Positions 53,096 to 64,000 of a stretch of 64,000 bases of DNA are shown here, piece by piece. Positions within the stretch are counted from its first letter, which is position 1; every line of letters begins with the position of its first letter. A model generated the notes under the pieces. It saw nothing but the letters and a program-made list of their open reading frames with translations, did not search any database and was not told the DNA's origin. A program made the position numbers and the translations under genes. Source of the DNA: Podarcis filfolensis. Lineage: Eukaryota. Location: the NCBI GenBank assembly GCA_964270895.1, contig OZ185435.1; one strand, written 5' to 3'.

Positions 53096-53245
53096 CAGTG
53101 CTTTTTTTTCTGGGGGTATGCAGGGGTATGCATACCCCTAAACATTTTGTGAATCTTAAGTTTTGCCTCATTGAGGGGCGGTATTTCAATACGAGTAGGA
53201 AAATAAGAGTACCCCTAAACCTTTTTTTATAGAAAAAAAGCACTG
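53096..53245. mobile_element. hAT-family MITE with 8-bp TSD
   Basis: TIRs CAGTGCTTTTTTTTCT / AGAAAAAAAGCACTG; perfect TSD GGTATGTT at 53088-53095 and 53246-53253. Confidence 0.88.
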
Positions 53246-53407
53246 GGTATGTTCACTAGAATGTCAGAATCCCATTCTTTCACGGGTGCATTTTCCAGCA
53301 TCTTTCAAATTGAGGGAGATTTCTGTTACTTTATTTTTAATGTTTTCAAGCCAATGACACAAAGGACTCTGCTATACAGTTGCAAACAGAACGTTTTAAG
53401 TGCATTA

Positions 53408-53612
53408 CAGTCATACCATGGGTTACGAACGCTGCGGGTTGCGCATTTTCGGGTTGCGGACCGCGCCAAACCCAGAAGTACTGGAATGGGTTACTTCCGG
53501 GTTTCGGTGCATGCGCAAAATGACGCAAAATCACACGCGTGCGCAGACGCAGCGCTGTGGCTTGAGAACATGCCTCCTGCAAGGATCACATTCCCAACCC
53601 AAGGTATGACTG
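53408..53612. mobile_element. Tc1/mariner-type MITE (TA TSD)
   Basis: TA|CAGTCATACCATGGGTT ... AACCCAAGGTATGACTG|TA, 16/17 TIR match; same family as 28965. Confidence 0.88.
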
Positions 53613-54343
53613 TATACAAATGTGACACTAGATGGTGAGTTTATGGCAAATTCAATATAAAACGTTTTATTAAAAAAGCATTTCCACAGCGTTTTTTATG
53701 TGTCTAGAGTCCACCCAATGAGTTGAATTAGAAAATGAAGTGCCTCATCACTGGCATATATTAAACGTTTATTTGTAATTGTACAAATATTTGAATAAAA
53801 ACATGGCTTTTATAATCTTAAAAACCTAGAATTGCAGGATGTGGGGGTTACTCTGCAACCTCTTCAATTTCATTCAAGGGCCCAAGAGTGAGGGACTTTA
53901 CATTTTTAAATAGTCTTGTGAGGGCAATCTGTTACCAACCTTCTGAAATCTGATTGATTGGAACCCAAGGGATATCGGCTTGGATCCAGTGGTGGCCGCT
54001 GAATTCTTCAGGCTTCCCCATTCCACTCTGGCCTGCCTCATGCTATTCCAGGGGGTTCCTCAACCTTCAAAACAACTTGCCAGGGGCACAGGGAGCTGCA
54101 GTGAGTGGAAGGAGCCAGGAAAACCCCCATTTTGCAGGTGACTCTGGGTCTGACCTGTCATTTTCATAACAACTGTGGAAGTGAAACTGATGGATTCTGT
54201 TCACCCTTAAGCCTAATTAAATTAAGGACTGTGCTGATGTTGCTCTGTGGCTGAAAACAATTTCCGGGGGACGTTGCAGAGTTCTTGGATTCTCGTGGTG
54301 TATAGCTCGAACTGTCCTCAAGGCTTTTTTCCTCTACCCAAAG

Positions 54344-54597
54344 GTGAATTCCAGCTGCGTCTGCGGCAGTTAGAGAAGTCGCTTCTCCAAGCCCTCAATG
54401 AAGTGAAGGGTCGGATCTTGGATGACGACACCATCATTACCACACTGGAGAACCTCAAGAAAGAGGCGGCTGAGGTCACCAGGAAAGTTGAAGAAACCGA
54501 TATTGTCATGCAGGAGGTGGAGACTGTGTCTCAGCAGTATCTCCCACTTTCTACTGCCTGTAGCAGCATCTATTTCACAATGGAGTCACTAAAACAG
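54344..54597 (+). CDS. DYNC1H1: DYNC1H1 exon 60 (buttress)
   Basis: ag|[12 protein letters not shown]...ESLKQ|gtacaa, 254 nt. Confidence 0.96.
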
Positions 54598-54729
54598 GTA
54601 CAAAAGCACGACTGCCTTGCCTTGCCGCCTTCTACCTGTTAGCCATGTTTGTTGCACAACATGATAAGATGCACAGGTACAGAAGCGGCTTGTTTTTGCT
54701 GCTGTGTGACTGTGTTATTCCCTCTTTAG

Positions 54730-54915
<186 letters not shown>

Positions 54916-54947
54916 TGAAACTAACCTTTCTCGTTTTGCACTGATAG

Positions 54948-55043
<96 letters not shown>

Positions 55044-55559
55044 TAAGCATACAATTCTCGCTTTTTCAATAGGTGGCCCAATCTTCAGTCTCTTACAAAT
55101 GTAGGCTGTGTAGTGGCAGTTCTTTAAAAGTAAGGCATACCCTGAACTTTTGCAAAGGTGGCATTTGTAAAATCAATACAGCCTAATAAACCACAAAGAA
55201 AGTTTTCAAAAAGGTAAGTCAATAAAATCAAGAAAAATTCATAACCCTACTTTAAAACATACAAAAATTAAAATACTAAAACAGATTAAAATTACCTCCA
55301 CTTTCTGGGTAGGCCTGGAATGTTTTTAGCAGGTGCTGAAAATATCAATAGTCAGGGAGTTCCAAAGTCCAGGTGCCGCTGCATTAAACTATCAAGTTCT
55401 TACAAATGTGGAATGAGTATTAAGTGGCAGTTCTAGTAGTGCCGAGCCGCCGATCATAGCGGTCAAATGGGCCCATGTGGGGTAAGGTGATCTTGTGGGT
55501 AAACAGTTTCCACGTTGTTGTTCTTTGTATATATATAAAAAATTGTTTTTCATTTTGAC

Positions 55560-55562
55560 AAA

Positions 55563-55597
<35 letters not shown>

Positions 55598-56260
55598 CAC
55601 CCCACCCTGAGACCATTCCATTGTAACTATCCAACTTTCCAAAATTTCAACACCTCTTGCGATGGTTTGACCCTTTTCTGTTTTAACAGTACAAATTCTA
55701 CAAACACCCTTCCATATCTCCTCCAAATCATTTCTTCTGCATATTCCCCATCTTACCTTAATAGCACATGTCAATTTATCATTAACAGCTATATCCCACA
55801 CCTCTTTGTACCATTCTTCATTTTATATTCTGCTTGCCCCTTCCACTTCCTAGCTATAACAACTTGTGCAGCTGTCAATAAATTTGTGAGCAAGTCCTTC
55901 ATAGCCTGTGTACCTTCCACCTCATCGTAAATTGATAATAATGCTACCTCTGGACTTTCGGTCAGCTTTACCCCAGTGATTTCTGTTAAACACCCTTTGC
56001 CAAAAAAATTGTACATATTTATACCTACACCACATGTGAACATAATTCTCCATTTCCTGGCATCCCCTCCAACAGAACACTGAATATTCCTTGTTTATTT
56101 GATTTAATCTGACTGGTGTTAAATACCATCTCCAAATTAATTTATAATAATTAATTTTTATCCTTATAGATAACATTTTCAAAGTGCGTCTCTCCCATAT
56201 TTTTCCCCAACTTTGACTATTTACCTGCTCCCATGGTCTTGAAGGCTGAAAATACTACTG
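55560..56260 (-). mobile_element. 5'-truncated L1-clade LINE, ORF2 C-terminus with frameshifts
   Basis: Minus-strand peptides YKLIWRWYLTPVRL...CWRGCQEMENYVHMW, PEVALLS...LLTAAQVVIARKWK and WDIAVNDKLT resemble the L1 ORF2 cysteine-rich C-terminus. Confidence 0.75.
55564..55593. repeat. (AAT)n microsatellite, probably the tail of the antisense L1
   Basis: TAATAATAAT run at the 3' end of the minus-strand L1 fragment. Confidence 0.85.
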
Positions 56261-56326
56261 CTTTTGTCCATGAGCACAAATAGTGAATTGTTCTCTAACG
56301 AGCTCTTCCTTTGTTGCCAATTGCAG

Positions 56327-56501
56327 GGAGCCTACCTATGATGCAGAATTCCAGCATTTCTTGAGAGGGAAGGAAATAGTTCTCAGCAGCACACCTCTCC
56401 CCAAGATCAGTGGCCTGACTGTGGAGCAACTGGAAGCCATGATGAGGTTGAGTTGCCTTCCTGCCTTTAAGGATCTGGTTTCCAAAGTCAAAGCTGATGA
56501 T
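56327..56501 (+). CDS. DYNC1H1: DYNC1H1 exon 63
   Basis: ag|[10 protein letters not shown]...VKADD|gtgagt, 175 nt. Confidence 0.96.
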
Positions 56502-56628
56502 GTGAGTACTGTCGTCAAACAAAGCTGCCAAACTGAAATTAAAAATGAATTGCTGGTGCAATGGGAGAGGGCCTTATTGATACCGAAGCCTTGACATTAT
56601 CTTTATTGGGAACCCTTAACACGTGGCA

Positions 56629-56981
56629 GGGATGCGGGTGGCGCTGTGGTCTAAACCACAGAGCCTAGGGCTTGCCGATCGGAAGGTCGGCGGTTCGAAT
56701 CCCCGCGACGGGGTGAGCTCCCGTTGCTCAGTCCCTGCTCCTGCCAACCTAGCAGTTCAAAAGCACGTCAAAATGCAAGTAGATAAATAGGTACCACTCC
56801 AGCAGGAAGGTAAACGGCATTTCCATGCGCTGCTCTGGTTCGCCAGAAGCGGCTTAGTCATGCTGGCCACATGACCCGGAAGCTGTACGCCGGCTCCCTC
56901 GGCCAATAAAGCGAGATGAGTGCTGCAACCCCAGAGTCAGCCACGACTGGACCTAACGGTCAGGGGTCCCTTTACCTTTAC
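56629..56981 (+). mobile_element. Sauria SINE, full length, 12-bp TSD
   Basis: GGGATGCGGGTGGCGCTGTGGTCTAAACC...GGTTCGAATCC...CCCTTTACCTTTAC; TSD TAACACGTGGCA (56617-56628) / TAACACGCGGCA (56982-56993). Confidence 0.92.
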
Positions 56982-57260
56982 TAACACGCGGCACTTGTTC
57001 CTTGCGCTGAGAATTTGTAGAGGGGAGGACAAATGTGTTTCACTTCCATACTTACTGCTTCCAGTACATGGACTGGGTAGCTAAAGCTGCCTGATCGATG
57101 TATTGTACAACATCAACTTTAATATGTAGTAGTGATGTAGGTGCTGTTTCTCCATGTCAGTCTCCCACCCCACCCCACTGCCACACACACTCTTAGTATC
57201 TTCATTGTGGTCTTTGGTCTAACACAAGGTTCCTGTTCTTTATCTCTACCTGATTCACAG

Positions 57261-57336
57261 CAATTCTGCATTTGGCTGGACAGCAGCTCACCAGAGCAGA
57301 CTGTGCCATATATTTGGACAGAAGACAAACCTGCAA
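57261..57336 (+). CDS. DYNC1H1: DYNC1H1 exon 64
   Basis: ag|[10 protein letters not shown]...EDKPA|gtaagt, 76 nt. Confidence 0.95.
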
Positions 57337-57547
57337 GTAAGTGGAGAACTCCATTTCTGGATCAGTTTAAGTATATTTGGAGAAAAGGCAATGCAGGTGC
57401 GTGTGGAGATTTATTCTACGGCTCTGGGGAAAGATGCTTCAGTATTACGTGCACAAGGCATCTATTGGAGTTGGCCATTTGTCTGCCTTTGGTGGTGGCA
57501 AGTAGCAAATGTCCCCCGGCAACACCTACAACTGAAATACTGTGTGA

Positions 57548-58072
<525 letters not shown>

Positions 58073-58983
58073 TAATACAAAAAACATATCTATGTGATGT
58101 ACAGGAAGCTAAAGCAGCAACAGCAGACAGCTTAAATGGCACAGATTTTAGAAAAATGCACAATATTACACTAATACAAATTACTAATAAATATAGGCCA
58201 GTGTCAATTCCTTCTCCTTCTGAAATACGTCCTGACCTCTCACTCAGGGCCCAGAGAAACTCACAAAGAAGAACCTGCTGACATCACCCTACTCTAGACT
58301 TGTTTTTATGGGCAGGCACCAAGGCAGATGGAGTTTCCTCAGGCTGCCAGCCGCTGTGTCCCAGTCGGCTGCAGTTCTTGCAGCCCTGCTTCTTCCTCTT
58401 GTAATTTCCAGGGTGGTTTTATGTGGCATTACAACATGCCTTTTTCTACAAGGTTGACTCTAGTTCTGCATGCCTGTGGGGAGTTCAGCCTTCTGAATCT
58501 TAAAACAGCAGTGCCCAGCGCCACGTAGCATAAACACTGTTGAAACTTTGCAGACTTTTCAGGAGCAGTGTGTGATACGGCTCAGGTTTTGCTGCTCAAA
58601 CAAAGCCCCACTTTCTAAGACGCCCAGCACACCTCAAGTAGACCTTTGGATCTCAGCCTATATTGGAAAACGGGGGTTTGATTTGAACCTCGACCTAGAT
58701 CCGGAACCTACCTTAAATGCCCATAAGTCAGCAGGAATGTAAAGAAAGAGAGGTCTGTTTGGAACTGTGCAAGGCATTCCACTCCTTTTATTACTGAGTG
58801 CTGTTAACAATCCCGTTCACTTAGGCGACTGTTCCCCTCAAGTCCTCCCTGTGCTACCGAAACATGAGAAAAGTAATGATCAGCTCCTGTGGGTGTTGAA
58901 AAAAGCAAACCTGCTTTGTCCTGTAACTACTCTAATTCCTTTACCTTTTTCCTTTCCCCCGCCCCACCCTTCTTGGATTTTAG

Positions 58984-59139
<156 letters not shown>

Positions 59140-59183
59140 TAGCTTTAAACTCCGCCTCTAAACTGTAAACTTTGTGTTGGCAG

Positions 59184-59484
<301 letters not shown>

Positions 59485-60066
59485 TAGTCATGACCTGGAT
59501 CTTTGCAAGCCTTTTCTTTCTGCACTGTTGTTTCTGGGAGAAGGGTGCCACCTTAAAACAGACACACAGAGATAGTATCCCGCCCCCCGCATTAGTTCTC
59601 TGTCCAGCCTTTTTAAAAATCCATTAACCTTTTCCTCACTAAAGTCAGCTTAATGGCAATGAATAGAAAATAATAAATTAACTTTTATGCAGATTTTTAA
59701 AAAAGTTTTATTTAAATAAAACCTCAATGTGTTTTTTTGAATGTCTCAATACATTGCCTCGGTAAATGGGGACAAAAGCAAATACAAAATGAAAAATGTC
59801 TAGACGTTCTTTACCCTCCCCTCCGTTCTCTTCTGTTGGAATGAGGCTCTGGCATTCGTTCTGTACCAGCTGCCGGTGGGTGACTTCTGTTCATCATCAT
59901 TATTATTATTATTATTATTAACAACATGAAGATACTTCTTGACACTAGAACGTGACTCTTTTTAAGATTCAGCATGAATTTGAGCTGGCGTAGTCATTTT
60001 GCAGAGGTCTGGGAAAGAGGGGGTCATCTTTTAGTGCATAATTGTGGGGCTTATTCTGTGTTTTAG

Positions 60067-60213
<147 letters not shown>

Positions 60214-60873
60214 TAGTTAGCCAACGCATTAGTGGGACAGCATATGGTGGTTCCCAAAAGTTCTAGTGGGGGGGATCCATCAGAGTTTAGTTTAGAGCCC
60301 ACCTATTCCCACCTAAAAGGGAGTGTCAGTTACTCATTAATTCTTGCATTGGAAAGATCATCCTCCTGGCCTTTTGACCATTCACTGATTTAAATGAAAT
60401 AAGTTGAAGCTCCTCCCAGGCTATGTTTCCTTAACGCCAACCTTGCAGAGAGAATGGTGCTGGTCCTCTGCTTGCTGCTGACACTCAGGTAGAGCGCAAA
60501 GCATCTGAGGAAGGATGGGAGAAGACAGTGCAGAGCTTTAGTAAGCCCCTCTAGCCTGCACAAAGCAGACAAATATTCAGGCATTCTCTCTGAGGCAACC
60601 TAAACGTGTAATATCCACAACGACCAGGCCATCTGTTCTGACTCGATGTCCAAATGCAATACCTTGTGTTCACTAGCACAGTCCTAAGGCTGCACTGTGC
60701 CTGTTTCCTTTGGCAAACTTGCTCCAGGAGGTTTTCCTGTAACTCCGTAAGATTTTTAAAAAAGTACAAAGTAAGGACAAGGGTTTATTCCTCGTAATCT
60801 CAAGCATGCAGTTCTTCTCTTGAATGCAATGTAAGAAGAAGAAGAAACATTTTTTCCCCTCTCTCCTCCCTAG

Positions 60874-61044
60874 TCACCAAATGAGCGCGCTCGTCTCTAT
60901 TTCCTTCTTGCTTGGTTCCATGCCATCATTCAAGAGCGTCTCCGATATGCTCCTCTCGGCTGGTCAAAAAAATACGAGTTTGGTGAATCTGATCTAAGAT
61001 CTGCATGTGATACAGTGGATACATGGCTGGATGACACGGCAAAG
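60874..61044 (+). CDS. DYNC1H1: DYNC1H1 exon 70 (GC donor)
   Basis: ag|[10 protein letters not shown]...DDTAK|gcaagt, 171 nt. Confidence 0.94.
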
Positions 61045-61403
61045 GCAAGTGAAGTTGCAGGCGTTCCACTTTACCGCTCTGTCTTAAAGGGAACGTGGCT
61101 GGACTGCTTTCATGAAGGACAAGTAATTTGTAACAAGTAGGCAAAGCACATTCATAAAACTTATTCATATCCTGCCTTTCCTCAATGGGAGCTCAAGGCA
61201 GCATGCATGGTAAGTAAAGCTAAATACTGAATAACTTGTCCAAGATCAGCAAATGGCTACGCTAAGCAGGATTTTGAAACCTGGGTCTTCCAACATGGTG
61301 ACCAGCCTACCACACTGGTTCTTAATTTGTAATAATGTTGGCTTTGTAGACTTTTACTGGCCTTAAGCTACCTCCATTACAACAAAACTGTCTACCCCTC
61401 CAG

Positions 61404-61621
61404 GGCCGCCAGAATATCTCTCCTGACAAGATCCCCTGGTCTGCACTGAAGACCCTGATGGCTCAGTCAATTTACGGAGGACGCATTGATAACGAATTTG
61501 ACCAGCGTTTATTGAACAGTTTCCTGGAGCGCCTCTTCACCACTTTAAGTTTTGACAGTGAATTCAAATTGGCCTGCAAGGTTGACGGTCATAAAGACAT
61601 CCAGATGCCAGATGGAATCAG
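61404..61621 (+). CDS. DYNC1H1: DYNC1H1 exon 71
   Basis: ag|[11 protein letters not shown]...MPDGI|gtactt, 218 nt. Confidence 0.96.
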
Positions 61622-61648
61622 GTACTTAAGTTCAGCCTTTAGTAGTAA

Positions 61649-61951
<303 letters not shown>

Positions 61952-62256
61952 TAAAAAAATTAACGGCTTAGTGCAACATGAATCTCATGAACCAAATTTA
62001 GCCAGATAGGGATGTTGAAGTGTTGCAGCAGGAATGAATCCTGAAAGCCGGGACTTTACTCACAACCTAGTCAGCTGAAGTTGTCAAGACCACACTTTGA
62101 GGATATGTGGCTGAATGTTATTTGTGAACCGACTAATAGCACACGATCAAATTCCGAAACTATATGCAGGGCTTTCAAAGCTCAAGTTTGGATTAAAGTT
62201 AGCCTTCTTACAGCTAGCACACGTATGTTAATCTTTAACCTTTTTAAAATGGTTAA

Positions 62257-62577
<321 letters not shown>

Positions 62578-62872
62578 TAGCCTTTGCCACGCTGGCTGGA
62601 GCTGATGAGAGGTAGAATCCAACCATATATGGAAGGCCACAGGTTCCCCAGCCCTGATGTAGGGCGAAGGTTTGCAAAATCATATTAATACTGTCTTAGA
62701 TGATGGCGGTGATACTTAATTGACAAAATTGTCTTGGTTTCAAAAATCAAAATGTGTAAAGTTACTGATGGTGCTTCTAGGAAGGATAGTGCTGGGATAT
62801 TCCTGCTCTCACAATTCAGTTGCCAGGATTTTCTCCACTTACTAACACTTTGCTCTTCCTTTGGAAAACAAG

Positions 62873-63026
62873 GATCCTTTGTTCAGATTCTTTGAGAGAG
62901 AAGTGAAGATGGGAGCCAAACTCCTTCAGGACGTTCGCCAAGATCTTGCAGATGTGGTCCAAGTGTGCGAGGGGAAGAAGAAGCAGACCAACTATCTGCG
63001 GACACTTATTAATGAACTAGTGAAAG
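62873..63026 (+). CDS. DYNC1H1: DYNC1H1 exon 74
   Basis: ag|[10 protein letters not shown]...NELVK|gtgagc, 154 nt. Confidence 0.96.
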
Positions 63027-63484
63027 GTGAGCTATTCTAAACGATTGTTTAAAACGCGCACACACACAGCTTCCTGAATTAAGATGCTGCTGAAAGAAAG
63101 AAAACGGAAGGTCTAAGGGGGTCTCTTTCTTAGCTGTGGTGTTGTGCCTATGGGATGGGGTTAAACCAAGTACCTACGTTCAACTAAACCTGCTGCCAAA
63201 TCATAAATCCGGCTTGGTGGTTGGTTGTTTTTTCACATTACAGAATCCCATCCATAGATTCTGCAGTCGCCGGTGCTTAATTTAGTATCTTTCCATTTTA
63301 CACACAAGAGTTTTCAGTGTAAATGTTGAGTGTTTGGAAGTTAACATAAATGCCATGATAAAGTAATTTAATTGCTGTAATTACCTTCTGGTGGTTTTTG
63401 TGTGTGTGTGTGTTTTCTTTTAATGTGTTCAGTGTTTGCTTATAGGGAAACTATCAATGAAGGAGAGAGACCACCCAGTTGTGA

Positions 63485-63703
<219 letters not shown>

Positions 63704-64000
63704 TGAATTCAGTACCGGTGATGTGAGAATACACATGAGATGAGTTTCAACTCCTCTGGCTTTTATGTGAAATATGAAGACTACATCAGGGGTGGAAAAG
63801 CTTGTTCCTTGGAGAAGATAGAGGATAATAAATACACTCAGCTGATTGCTAGGGAAGCAGTGAAGCCCTGGTTCTGTAACCCCTCTACTGATGGCCATGG
63901 TTTCTCAAGCACCGCTTTTTTAGTTATGTACAATGCTGTCACTGTATGGATCACATCTCACCATAACATATATATATATTCTTATATATATTAGTTCTTG

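Overview
Squamate (lizard, probably lacertid, judged from Sauria SINEs and MITE families) genomic DNA with two + strand genes in the same order as human 14q32. (1) The last coding exon and ~2.9-kb 3'UTR of PPP2R5C (PP2A B56-gamma). (2) A CpG-island promoter followed by exons 1-75 of DYNC1H1 (cytoplasmic dynein-1 heavy chain); the C-terminal exons lie beyond the window. Spliced with one copy of exon 52, the exons give an uninterrupted 13,530-nt (4,510-codon) frame covering tail, linker, AAA1-4, stalk/MTBD, AAA5, AAA6 and part of the C-terminal domain. Exon numbers follow the human gene. Headline: exon 52, encoding the N-terminal helices of the microtubule-binding domain, is present twice in tandem (48192-48387 and 48694-48889). 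Both copies are 196 nt, have the same phases, are intact and are 48/66 identical in protein with near-saturated synonymous sites. Including both or skipping both creates a premature stop. This is the signature of an old mutually exclusive exon pair that would give dynein-1 two alternative microtubule-binding feet, with three UGCAUG (RBFOX) motifs around it. Also present: three GC-AG introns, Sauria and other tRNA-derived SINEs, hAT and Tc1/mariner MITEs with target-site duplications, L2/CR1 and L1 fragments, and microsatellites. All coordinates and counts were derived by eye; no database searches were run.
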